Source: Rebecca billardiae RCC1528 (Eukaryota > Protista > Haptophyta). Taken from it: DNA of 64,000 nucleotides. This document shows, piece after piece, positions 1 through 10,673 of this stretch; the first letter of the stretch is position 1; each line of letters starts with the position of its first letter. A program made the position numbers and the translations under genes. The notes under the pieces are model-generated. The model saw nothing but the letters and a program-made list of their open reading frames with translations, made no database searches and was not told the origin of the DNA. The DNA is taken from contig OZ251224.1 in the NCBI GenBank assembly GCA_965240325.2, positions 558,001 through 622,000 of the forward strand, written 5' to 3'.

Positions 1-233
1 TTTATTATCTGTCGCGCGCGCGTACGTAGTCGTATAGTAGTCAATAAGTCATCAGCGCCGTAGGTCTACCGCTGGTAAGTGGTAGCGTTCGCCAGCCGCC
101 AGCATCAAGTATCAACGCAAGCGCGGCGATGCCGATGCCGCTGATCATAAAGGCGGCAGCCATCGTCGTCGCCGTCGCCATCAAAGGGTGCTGGCCACCA
201 GCGCCGCCACAGCTCTGCGGCATGCCGCTGTCA
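1..233 (-). repeat. Degenerate direct duplicate of the 3' end and 3' UTR of the Sel1-MYND gene (copy of ~466-679); probably continues left of the window
   Basis: 1-233 aligns to 466-679 (tttattatctgtcgcgcgcgcgtacgtagtcg ... catgccgctgtca) with several 7-8-nt insertions. ORF 41..262 repeats DSGMPQS.GGAGGQHPLMATATTMAAAFMISGIGIAALAL. Confidence 0.9.
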
Positions 234-513
234 CACCTCCACGTGCCCACCTCGGACGCCACGCTGGCAGACTACACGGCGCATCGGCATGCGCTGCGCC
301 ACCACCGGCGCGCTGACGCGCAGCAGCAGGCGGCCGAAACGCGGGTGACACGCGCCGGCTCGTACAGCTGCCCCTCGCCACGTGGGGCAGCCGCCGAGGA
401 AGCTCCGCTGCTGAGCGGGGTCACTCTGGGCACGTGCAAAGCGGAGTAATAACGGCGGCGGTATATTTATTATCTGTCGCGCGCGCGTACGTAGTCGTTA
501 TAGATAGTAGTCA

Positions 514-2577
514 TCAGCGCCGTAGCTGACGCTGGTAGCGTTCGCCAGCCGCCAGCATCAACGCAAGCGCGGCGATGCCGATGCCGCTGATCATAAAGGC
601 GGCAGCCATCGTCGTCGCCGTCGCCATCAAAGGGTGCTGGCCACCAGCGCCGCCACTGCTCTGCGGCATGCCGCTGTCAACGCTGGTCGTCGTCGCCATC
701 GCCACCAACTGACGGTCGAAGCCGCTGCTCTGTGAAGTGCCGCTGTCAGCGCTGGCCGTAGTCATCATCACCATCTCAACCAAAGGGTGGCCGACGCCGC
801 TGCCCTGAGACGTGCCGCTGTCAGCGCTGTCATCGTTTATGCTGGGCGAGAGCCCTGCTTCGCACTCCTGGCACCAGCGAGTGCAGTGCGGCTTGTGCTC
901 CCTCCACGCCTGCCGCTGGTGCTCTCGCGAGCAGAAGACTGCCAAGAGGCACCGCTGGCACTTCTTCACGCCGCGGCCCGCCTTGGCGCACACCATGCAA
1001 CATGCACCCGCCACCTCCGGATCTCCAGCCAGTCGTGGCTGCCCCAGCAACTGGCAAACGACGGAAATGGATGGCTGCGATGACTGGCCGAGATGTTGAT
1101 TGGCGTTGTTCTGCTCACACCATTGCTCATGTGCGAGGCGCATGAGGCGCGCTCCCTCGTCGACGTCGCGCTCCACGCCGCAGCCCACGAGCGTCAGCTT
1201 TGCCAGCGACCCGGACCCTAAATCATTGCCCCCATCCGCTGCGAGCCGGTACCAGCGCACCGCCTCTGCGATATCGGCGTGCATGCCGTTCAGACCAAAC
1301 TCGAGGCACTGACCAAGGACGGCCTGCGCCATTGCCAAGCCCTGCTCGGCCGCCAGCCGGCACAAGCGCATCCCCTCGGCCACGTCCTGCTGCACGCCCT
1401 CGCCTCGCACAAGGCACAGACTCCACTGGAGCTGCCCTGTCGGGTCACCGTGCTCAGCCGCCAGCCGGAACCAATGCGCCGCCTCAGCCACATCTTGAGG
1501 CACGCCCCAGCCCTTGACGAGGAGCAGACCCAGTCTGCATTGCGCTCTCGCGTCACCCTCATCAGCCGCCAGCTGGTACCAGTGCACCGCCTCGGCCAAG
1601 TCCTGCGGCACGCCCTCGCCAGACTCGAGGGAGTACGCCAATTGGTACTGCGCGCTCACCAAACCCGTCTCGGCCGCCCGCCGGTACCAGCGCGCCGCCT
1701 GGTCCTTGTCCTGTGGCACGCCGTAGCCGTTGGACAAGTAAATACCCAGGTTGAACTGCGCGTCTGCGTGGCCCTCCTCGGCCGCCAGCCGGCACCAGCG
1801 CGCCGCCTCGGCCATGTCCTGCGGCACGCCGTAGCCGTTGGACAAGGAAATAGACAGGTTGAACTGCGCGTCTGCGTGGCCCTCCTCAGCCGCCAGCCGG
1901 CACCAGCGCGCCGCCTCGGCCATGTCCTGCTGCACGCCCTCGCCCGTCCTGAGGTGCCCAGACAGCTGGTACTGCGCATCTGCGTGGCCCTGCTCAGCCG
2001 CCAGCCGGCACCAGCGCGCCGCCTCGGCCATGTCCTGAGGCACGTGCAAGCCCTCCATGAGCCACGTAGCCAGCTGGAGCTGCGCGTCTGCCATACCCTG
2101 CTCGGCCGCCCGCCGGCACCAGTGCAGAGCCTCGGCCATGTCCTTCGGCACGCCCTCGCCCTCGGCGAGCAAACTGGACAGGTGGTGCTGCGCAAGCGTA
2201 TTGCCCTGATCGGCCGCCCGCCGGTACCAGCGCGCCGCCTGGTCCTTGTCCTGTGACACACCCAGGCCTGCAGCGTACCACATACCCAGTATTGCCTGCG
2301 CGTGAGCGTGCCCCTGCTCGGCTGCAAGCCGGCACCAGCGAGCGGCGCGCTCGGCATCGCCCATCAACTCGTAGAGTCGGCTCAGCGCGACCTGTGCGTC
2401 CACGAGCCCACCATCGGCCGCGACCCTGTACAGGCGGAGGGCCTCGGCCGGATCGCACGCGACGCCGTCGCCCTTCTCGAAGCGTCCTGCCAGAAGGAAG
2501 GTGGCACGCGCATCGCCTCGGGCTGACTTGCGCTGGAGTAGCCTCACGGCGGCGGCGTCATGTTCGGCCGCCATCAT
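514..2577 (-). CDS. Sel1-like repeat protein with MYND zinc finger and C-terminal hydrophobic anchor
   Basis: About 12-13 36-aa Sel1 repeats (AEQGHADAQFNL...GVPQDMAEAARW), MYND motif CMVC..CQRC..FCSREHQRQAWREHKPHC, hydrophobic tail. First ATG at 2577. Confidence 0.9.
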   Translation of the reverse strand: MMAAEHDAAAVRLLQRKSARGDARATFLLAGRFEKGDGVACDPAEALRLYRVAADGGLVDAQVALSRLYELMGDAERAARWCRLAAEQGHAHAQAILGMWYAAGLGVSQDKDQAARWYRRAADQGNTLAQHHLSSLLAEGEGVPKDMAEALHWCRRAAEQGMADAQLQLATWLMEGLHVPQDMAEAARWCRLAAEQGHADAQYQLSGHLRTGEGVQQDMAEAARWCRLAAEEGHADAQFNLSISLSNGYGVPQDMAEAARWCRLAAEEGHADAQFNLGIYLSNGYGVPQDKDQAARWYRRAAETGLVSAQYQLAYSLESGEGVPQDLAEAVHWYQLAADEGDARAQCRLGLLLVKGWGVPQDVAEAAHWFRLAAEHGDPTGQLQWSLCLVRGEGVQQDVAEGMRLCRLAAEQGLAMAQAVLGQCLEFGLNGMHADIAEAVRWYRLAADGGNDLGSGSLAKLTLVGCGVERDVDEGARLMRLAHEQWCEQNNANQHLGQSSQPSISVVCQLLGQPRLAGDPEVAGACCMVCAKAGRGVKKCQRCLLAVFCSREHQRQAWREHKPHCTRWCQECEAGLSPSINDDSADSGTSQGSGVGHPLVEMVMMTTASADSGTSQSSGFDRQLVAMATTTSVDSGMPQSSGGAGGQHPLMATATTMAAAFMISGIGIAALALMLAAGERYQRQLRR

Positions 2578-2671
2578 TCTGCGCGCTGCTTTGCGAATAT
2601 GTTTAACCAAGTGTGCACGTTAAATCATAGTACAGTTAAACTGTAAACAGGTCTTGGCAGTGTCGGCAGTC

Positions 2672-4982
2672 ATGACCTCCGATGATCGCCCGCTCGCCGT
2701 CGGCGATGACGTGGTCGTCGTGGGGCTCAAAAGCGAGAGTGCGCGTGGCTTGAATGGGCGGGTGGGCCACGTGGCGGAAGCCGCAGCTGAGGACGGGCGT
2801 GCTGCGGTGCAGCTCATTGCCTGCCCGACGATCGACGTGGGCGCGCTGCCTGCCATCCGTGCGGCCCCCGATGAGCTGGCCGCAACACGCATCCGCCCGC
2901 GCACCGACTGCATCCTGCGCGCCGACGACGCGGCCTCGATCGCGCGCTGGCTCGGCGACGACCAGGACTCGGAGCGCCCCGAGTCGATCGACGCCCTAGC
3001 GCTGCACTGCTGCGCCGCGCTGCTCATCGCGCCTCCGCGCGCCACGGCGGTGCCCGGCTGGAGGGTGCGGCTCGGGCTCGTCGAGGCGATGCTCGGCGAG
3101 CCCAGCCTCCGCCAGCACGTGCTCCGCGGCCCCTGCCTTGGCGCGCTTGGCGCATCGCTCGTGCACGCGCACGAGCTCGCGCTCTCCGCCCACGCGGCGC
3201 AGCACACGGCGTGCCTGGCCACCGTGCTCCCCGCCGCGCTGCCGCTGTGGTCGGATGCGCTCATGCCCGCGCTCGGGGTGCGCGCGGGGGCGGCGGGCGG
3301 GCGCAAGCCGCTCAGGACGCCGACTCGGCCCACGCACCTCACACACGCCGTGATCACCGCCGGCGGCGTGCCGCTCCTCGAGGCCCTCGTCGCGATCGCC
3401 GCGCAGCCAGTGATCTTGACGTACCTGCTGCAAGCGGAGGGCGCGGACGGCACGTCCAAGCACGGCTCGTACGGCGCGGATGCGCTGCTGGCGATGATCG
3501 TCTACGTCATCTCGGCCCCCGGGGGCCCCGCGTCGGAGCTCGCGTCGGAGGCGGAGGCGGCGACCGCGCTGCACGCCAACACGCGCGCGCTCGCAAAGGC
3601 GCGCTCGGGCTCACGCTCGCGCTCGCGGCGCACGCGGCCTGCCCCGACGGTGTGCGCATCCTGCGTGACGGAGCCGGCGCGAGCGCGACGCTCACGGGCT
3701 CGATCTGGGCCGGGGTGCGCCACCAGGCGCAGGAGCTCCTCGTGCAGCTGGTCGTCCGCAGTCGCAAGTCGCCGCTCGACGTGGCCGCGCGCGCGCTCGA
3801 GCGCGTGAGGCTGCCGCGTCAGCTCCTGCCCGCGCGAGTGGCGAGCGCCGCCGCCGCTGGCGCCGACGGCGAGTCCCTGCTCGAGCTGCTCGTGAGCACG
3901 CTGCGCGAAGACGGCGCGCACCTGTCGGCGGACGTGCGCTCGGCGCTGCCCACGCTCAAGTCCTTCGCCGAAGTCAGCGGGCTGCTCCCCATGGGCGGGC
4001 AGCACGCTGACAGTGACGTGCAGGTGATGACGCGCATGCGCGACATCTGCGCGGCGTGCGGCAAGATGTCGGACGTGGGCGTGCACTTTGCCAGATGCGC
4101 GCGCTGCGCGGCGCAGCCCTACTGTGCGCGCGCCGCCGCCGCCGTCGCTACCGCGCGCCGCGCGCCGCGCCGCGCGCGGAGGCGCCTCGCGCGCATGCCC
4201 TGCCGTGCGCGCTCCCACGGCCTCGCTCTCAACCCGCGCCGTGCACGGCGCGCGCTGCGGCTGCAGGCTCGGCCGAGTGTCAGAAGGCGGACTGGCAGGC
4301 GCACAAGGAGGTGTGCAAGGAGGTGGCGCGCGCGCGCGGCGTCACGGGGGGCGGGCACGCGCCGCGCGGCCACCCGCCGATGGTGAAGACGGTGAACACG
4401 TGGCTCTTCTCGCACTCGCACCTCATCCTGCTCGCGCCCTTCAAGCCCGGCGGCGAGCACATCAACGTGGCGCGCTCGGTGCTCGTGCTCGACTTCACGC
4501 GGCCGGGGACGGGCACGGACGAGCCGCCCGCGTGGCGCTTTGTGCCGGAGGCGGAGTGGGAGGCGGCCGTGCTCACCGCACGCGAGGGCAAGCCGCTGAT
4601 GTGCGAGTCCAGCCGCGCGGAGCTCTGGCCCCTGCTCCGAACATGCCTCGCGAAGCGCACCGCCAAGCCGCCCTCGACAAACCTCGAGCTCGTCTGGATG
4701 GCCGGCTTTGCCAAGGGTGTCGGTGCGTCGGGCGAGACGACCTTGAACCCGCCCGTCACGGAGAGCGGCGAGCGACGCGGCTGGCCGTGGGTGATGGAGG
4801 CGGTCCTCAGCGGGCATCAGCTGGGTCGGCAGGTGCACAGCGATCGCGGCATGACTGCGCTCGCCTTCGGCTCCATCTTCGAGGCCATGATGTCGCAGCG
4901 CGCGTCTGCCGCCGAGGCCGTGCCGAGGCCGCCTGTCCCGAGCTGGGCGACCATGTTCGGGTCCCCGGGCCGAGGGCGATGA
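2672..4982 (+). CDS. MYND zinc-finger protein; one intron (4124-4266) and an apparent frameshift near 3581-3592
   Basis: Splicing GTGCGC..CTGCAG joins CAACGK..CARCAAQPYC to SAECQKADWQAHKEVC, completing the MYND finger. The N-terminal VGDDVVVVGLKS..GLNGRVGHV motif is typical of algal MYND proteins. The coding-like frame switches within a (GC)n run. Confidence 0.75.
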
Positions 4983-5766
4983 GCCCAGCGTAGACGACGA
5001 GTATAGCTTAGACTTAGACTTATGATCGATCCTCTCTGCTACAGTACGACATTACTACGACATATAGCTCTGAGTCTGTGATGACTTCGTCGATCTGCCG
5101 TGTGCCGTCAACTCCGAGCGATGATGTAACGCGGTCGCCGGAGTACAGTAGTCCGTACGGTACGCGACTGAGTTAGTACTAGTAGTCGTGGTCGTGGACG
5201 TGCGCTGCTGTGATGAGGACCCTACAGTATACCGTAGTGTCCGTATACCGACGAGTGCGTATATCGCCCGACTAACTAGTAACTGCTGAGTAACTCGTGT
5301 CCACGGCACGAGTGACCCGCCGCAGTCGCTCGTGGCCGTGCTGACGATCGGCTTGTCGAGTATGCATGATGATGATCCGATCGATATATGTGGGGTTATT
5401 GGTACAATAACTGCTGATTGTCTAAGAGCAGACGACACGGACGCCAGGCGCCAGCGCCGCTCATCAGCTCCATCGCCCTCTACCGGACCATGGCCTCAAC
5501 GAGCTGCTCCCGGACAAACAGTCCGTCCGGCTTTTTCTGTTTCCGGCCAAAGATCTCCGATCGCCATCCGATCCGCATCGGCTTCTCGGGCTCTGCAGTC
5601 GTGGCGCGGGCATCCAGCCATGTCGCGTCCTGCGTCGCCGGCGGCTGCGGCTCGCACGCGGGTGGCGCGTCGCGTGCACCGACCAACATCTTTCGGCGGT
5701 AAGCAACGCTCAGCCATCATCATATATATATATATACGACGTCGTACTGTAGTTAGCCTTATGTAC

Positions 5767-5768
<2 letters not shown>

Positions 5769-5817
<49 letters not shown>
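5769..5817. repeat. (TA)n microsatellite, with a shorter (TA)n at ~5723-5736
   Basis: Direct reading. Confidence 0.95.
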
Positions 5818-5819
<2 letters not shown>

Positions 5820-6087
5820 GCGATATATACGCACGCGCAGCGTGTCAGCGGCGCGCGTGTCTGGCGGCCTGTCTTCTGCGGGCCCCGCGACTCAACAATG
5901 ACGAGTAGCTATTGACTATTGAGTCGAGTATATATATGATTGGCAGCCGACCGCCAGCCGAGGACGGCAGCCCGCGCCGATCCGGTCGAGCGCGGCTCGC
6001 CCTGCGCGGCGCGCGCCGCTTGGGCGAAGGTACGGGTCGCTAGGAGCGAGGGCCCAGCTCGCGACGCCAAGGTGCCGCCCCCACGGC

Positions 6088-7754
6088 TCAGTTGTAGCAC
6101 ACCCTGCGCACCATCGAGTGGCCGTACTCGAGGTACTCGTCGCGGCGCACGGACGAGCGCTCAAAGAGGGGCGAGGCGGCAAAGGAGGCGGCGCCGCGCC
6201 ACGCGGCGATGATCGGGTCCTCCGGCATGCGCACGTTGATCGAGATGTCCGCGGGTACCAGCGGGCGCAGCTCCGCCTCGAGCCGCTCCTTCAGCCCGGG
6301 GAAGCGCGCGTTGCCGCCCACCAGCAGCACGTTGTTGTACAGCGCCTCGTGCAGGTCTGGCAGCGTCGCGCTCACCGCCTGCACGACCGCCTCCGCCAGC
6401 CCCGCCTGCTCGAGCCCGATGTCGGAGGGCGAGAAGAGGATCTCGGGCGTGGCGAAGCGCTCGACCGTCAGCGCGAGCACCTGCTCCTCGCCCGCCCCGC
6501 CGCCGGCGCGGCCGCCGCCCTCCTTCGTCTTTGGCCGCTTGGCCGGCGGCGCCTTGGCGCCCGCGCCCGCGCTCGGCGCCGCCGCGCCCGCGGGCGCGCC
6601 CTCGGCCGCGGCCGGCGCGCCCTGCGCGCCCTCCGCGCCGGGCGGCGGCTCGTCGTGCTCGGAGTGCTTGACGTACCCGCGCATCACGTGGATGTAGTCG
6701 GGCATCACGTACTCGCGCCGCACCGTGTTGCTCGCCGCCTTCCTCACCGACGCGGCCGCCAGGTCCTTGCCGAGCGCGCTTGACACGTAGCACACCTTCT
6801 CCTTGACGTCGTTGATCATGTGCGTCTCGTCCATCACGTTCCACTGCCGGTGGCTGATCACCTGCTTGAGCTGGTTGGTGAGCAGCTTGCCGCCCACGTC
6901 GACCCGGCGCACCGCGTAGTTCAGCCCCTGCGCGTCGAAGATGGGCACGGCGTGCGAGAAGGAATGGCCCGAGTCGAGCACGAGGCACGCGGGCGGCGCG
7001 GGCGCAGAGCGCGCCTCCAGCTCCGCCTGCGGGCGCGGGCGCCGGCAGGGGTGCGCGTGCGCGTGAGCGCGCGCGCGGGGCGGCGCGGCGGCGCGCACGC
7101 GCGGGGGGGTATGCGTGGCTCGGCCGATGCCGCGCGCGGCCCGCCGCGCCGCGCGCCGCGCGCCGCGCGCGAGGCTGGCGGCGCGCGGTGCGGCGCGGTG
7201 CGGTGCGGTGCGGAGCGCGCACGAGCTGCGCGAGGTGCGCGAGCACGGGCGCGGTCATCATGCACGCCGACTTGAAGTTGAAGTGCTCGAAGACCATCTC
7301 GTCGAGTGTGGAGAGGATGGCGGACGGGCAGAGTGGCGGCACCGACAGCATCAGCCGGCAGTCCGCGCTGTTCACGTCGAGCACGCCCTTCCCGAGCGCG
7401 CGGCTCCACACGTCCGTCTGCACGTCCCAGTTGATCGGGTAGCCCTTCTCAAAGGCCATGCGGTACTGCAGGCCGGAGAAGTCGTGGCACGCGTCGAGCT
7501 GATCGCCGATGAACGTCTTGCGCTCCGTCTTCGACTTGGCGATCAGGTTGGGCACGCATCTGTGCGCGCCGCCGCGCGCGCGCGTGCGTGAGCGTCCGAC
7601 GCCTGCCAGCCTTGGCGCGAGCGTTGCGCGCGCGGCAGCACCCGGCTCACGGCCGCGTCGCTCGCGCGCACTTTCTCGGCTCCTTCTCGCCAGCGAAGCC
7701 AACCTTGCACGTCGCGCCGCCGTTGTCGATCACGACGGTGCGCTCCTTCACCAT
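6088..7754 (-). CDS. ARP6: Actin-related protein 6 (SWR1 complex); exons 7754-7672, 7559-7223, 7026-6088 (452 aa)
   Basis: VVIDNGGATCKVGFAG, FEKGYPINWDVQ, CLVLDSGHSFSH, GGKLLTNQLKQVISHRQWNVMDETHMINDVKEKVCYVS, ERFATPEILFSPSDIG. Spliced length 1359 nt is in frame. Confidence 0.93.
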
Positions 7755-7905
7755 CGTGCCGACGGCGCGCGCGAGACCTCGGCTCGCGCGCAAGCCACAG
7801 TCGTCGCCGGTGCTCGCCTGCTCGGCGCTGGGTGGCCCGGCGAGGGCGATGGCGTCTGACGCCACGCGGCACCGGCTGGTGCCACCAGGCGGCCGTTGTT
7901 CGGGC

Positions 7906-9501
7906 ATGCGGGGCCGATGGCGGGCGGCGCGCGCAGCGGCGCTGTCGCTGTCGCTGGTGCTACGCGTGCCGCACGCCATCGGCGCCGCGTGCCCGAACAC
8001 CGCGATCGCGCCGAACTGGAACCTGCACATCATGCGCACGTACCACCGCAACCTGCGCGACACGTGTCACTTTCAGTCGGCCGTGCCCGAGGGCGAGCCG
8101 GCGCAGGTGCGCGACCTGACGATGGCGACGTCTTGGAGCGGGCCGACCGTGCCGCACTACGAGCAGCCCGACTGGCCCAAGCCCGAGCGCTGCAAGCCGT
8201 TCGCCCAGCTGGCGTCGCACGCGCCGTGGCGCATCCGGAGGGTGCCGCACCAGTTTGTGCGCACGCCCAACGGCGAGCTCGCCTTCATCCTCGTGTGGAA
8301 GGCGGGGATCACGACGCTCACGCGGCTGTGGGCGTGCGCGTACGGGGCCACCTCGCCCAACGGCACGCTGCGCTCATCGTTCACGCCCGAGTTCCCGCCG
8401 ACCCGCCGCTTTGCGGGCATGGTGCGCGACCCGATCTCGCGGCTGATCTCGGCGTACGGCGAGATCCTCGCGCGCACCACCTCGCCGGTGCGCGGCCGGG
8501 ACGGGCGCGTCGTGCGCCTCCCCGACCCGCTCGACCTGCGGCTGCTCGAGGCCTCCGTCGACGGCGCCGCGTACAAGCGCTGGGTGGAGACGCTCTTTGG
8601 GATCGCGCGCGCCGCGGGCGCGCCCCGCGAGCGCGCGATGTACACGCTCGACCGCAAGCTGCTCTTCCGCAACTTCCCGCCCTCCGCCGAGGTGCTCACG
8701 CCGGAGGAGGGCGCGGTGGCGCGGCTGGAGGAGCGCGTGCGCGCCTCCGCCGTCGGCTGGCTGTACGCCGGGCTCAGCGCGCCCGCACCGCGCACGTTCA
8801 CCATCCCCGAGGGCGCGCTCAGCGCGCGGATGCCTGGCGGGCAGAAGTGGCCGACGCGCCACCGCGGCTTCGAGCAGGGCACGCCGGTCGCGCAGCTCGA
8901 CGGCACGCTGGACGAGGCAAAGCGTTTCGCGGCGTTCGTGCGCGCGCTCGAGTGCGCGCCGCGCTACTTCGCCTGGCAGCACGCCGCCACGCAGACCGCG
9001 TTCATGGCGCGCATGCCCCACGTGATCAACGCGTCGGCCATCGTGCCCTGGCCCGATGCGGCCGAGGGCACGGACGGCGATGGCGGCCCGGTGCTGCCCG
9101 CGCGGCGGCGCGGCGAGGGGGCGAGCGGCAGCATGCCGCTGGACATCACCTCGCTCGTGCGGCAGGAGTTCTACGAGGGCGACCTCAAGCGCGAGCTGAT
9201 CCGCGCGCGCGCGACCAGGCCGCTCAAGAAATGCCGCATCACGCGGCAGCGGCCGTCGGTGATGGGCGCGGCCGGCAGCGGGGCCAACGCGGGCGAGCAG
9301 AAGCGCAAGCGGCAGGCGGCGGAGCACGGCTTCCCCTCCAAAGAGCTGATCAGGCGCGTGCTCGACGAGGACGACGAGCTGATGCGCATCGTGTGCCGCG
9401 TCTTCTTTCAGGACTTCACGTGCTACGGCTACAAGCTGCCCCGCGCGTGCGGCACCGGCTTTGCGCGCGCGCCGTGCCCGACGGCGGCGGCGGTGCCATG
9501 A
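7906..9501 (+). CDS. Secretory carbohydrate sulfotransferase (Sulfotransfer_2-like)
   Basis: N-terminal hydrophobic signal, 5'-PSB-like FILVWKAGITT, 3'-PB VRDPISRLISAY, C-terminal FFQDFTCYGY. Confidence 0.8.
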   Translation: MRGRWRAARAAALSLSLVLRVPHAIGAACPNTAIAPNWNLHIMRTYHRNLRDTCHFQSAVPEGEPAQVRDLTMATSWSGPTVPHYEQPDWPKPERCKPFAQLASHAPWRIRRVPHQFVRTPNGELAFILVWKAGITTLTRLWACAYGATSPNGTLRSSFTPEFPPTRRFAGMVRDPISRLISAYGEILARTTSPVRGRDGRVVRLPDPLDLRLLEASVDGAAYKRWVETLFGIARAAGAPRERAMYTLDRKLLFRNFPPSAEVLTPEEGAVARLEERVRASAVGWLYAGLSAPAPRTFTIPEGALSARMPGGQKWPTRHRGFEQGTPVAQLDGTLDEAKRFAAFVRALECAPRYFAWQHAATQTAFMARMPHVINASAIVPWPDAAEGTDGDGGPVLPARRRGEGASGSMPLDITSLVRQEFYEGDLKRELIRARATRPLKKCRITRQRPSVMGAAGSGANAGEQKRKRQAAEHGFPSKELIRRVLDEDDELMRIVCRVFFQDFTCYGYKLPRACGTGFARAPCPTAAAVP

Positions 9502-10673
9502 GGCATGCTGAGCGCCACGGTCAAGCTATGCCGTCTGTGGGGCTCACTACTGTCGGCTGTCGCATGACGACGAACAACGTGCGCGATTCGACGCTGCTGC
9601 GCCGTCGCTGCGCCATGAATCGGCGGTCCGCGGACCCGGGGCCGCTGTGGCTGCGGAGCTGCTGCTGGTGACGCCGTGTGACATGCAACGTTCGCGACCT
9701 TCTGGCAGTGGCTGCTGGCCTTGACGAATCTTATTGATCTATAGTACGTTATAGCAGCAGGCGTGCGCTCTGAGTCTCCATCGATGAGCATATTAGATGA
9801 TCTGACCATGCAGGCTGCTCGGCTTTTCCTGCTGCACGGCTGCTGCCAGCTTGGCTGCTTAGTGCTTGGAACTCGGTAGCGCGCTTGAATAACGGTTGGC
9901 CCAGCGGACTGAGCGCACGCGCCGCGGGTGCCACACTCCCACAGGCGGGACTAGGAGGCTGACGCCCAGAAGGCAGAAGAAACTACTCAGTGTCAGTGAC
10001 TACTCAGGCGGCCGAAGTGACGGCATCACCTTCTTCAACTTAGCTACGTACTCCTTCCTTGAATCCTCAGTGACCTGCTTATTATCAGTGTCCTTGTTAT
10101 TAGGCCTGCACGTTACGAAGTCTGCGATGCATGACCTGGTCGTCCCGTGATGATCCGCCTGCTCCGAGGGCTCAGGCTGACTTTAAATATCTTTACATCA
10201 TCCGGTATACCGGAGTATTTACGACTACAGTAGTACATATTAAGCTACTACTCATCAGATCGATATAACAGCACTGACTCAGACGGATCGAATAACCTAA
10301 ACCGTTATTACCGTACTCTAGTGAGCTAGTCAGTAGCCAGTAGTACGGTCCACGTGCTGGATAGTGCATACGCTGTTCAGTCGTATCTATCTATATATAT
10401 ACTTTGTTTATTAATTTGTGCACGGTACCTAGTAACGGTACGCGGCTGCTATATCAGTATCACTGACACTGTCTGACGACTCTCCGACGCGGACGGCGTG
10501 CGCCACGGCAATCGGGCTCGGCGGGCATCGGCGGGCTCGGCGCATCGCGTGATTGGCCATCGTCGTGCATGATCATCGTCAACGGACGACTCATGAGTCA
10601 TGCCACTCATCACTACTCATGAGCTTTGGTAGCTGCTAGTACGTCTCAGTCTGCGCTTCATCAGATTTCGTCG

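Noticed and set aside
1560-2300. Regular ~108-bp repeats as a CRISPR array
   Set aside because: They are in-frame Sel1 coding repeats with no unique spacers, no cas genes and a eukaryotic context.
5440-5700. Coding-like fragment on the minus strand (ORF 5480..5689)
   Set aside because: Short, stop-interrupted and of no recognisable family; possibly a decayed TE or gene, but unsupported.
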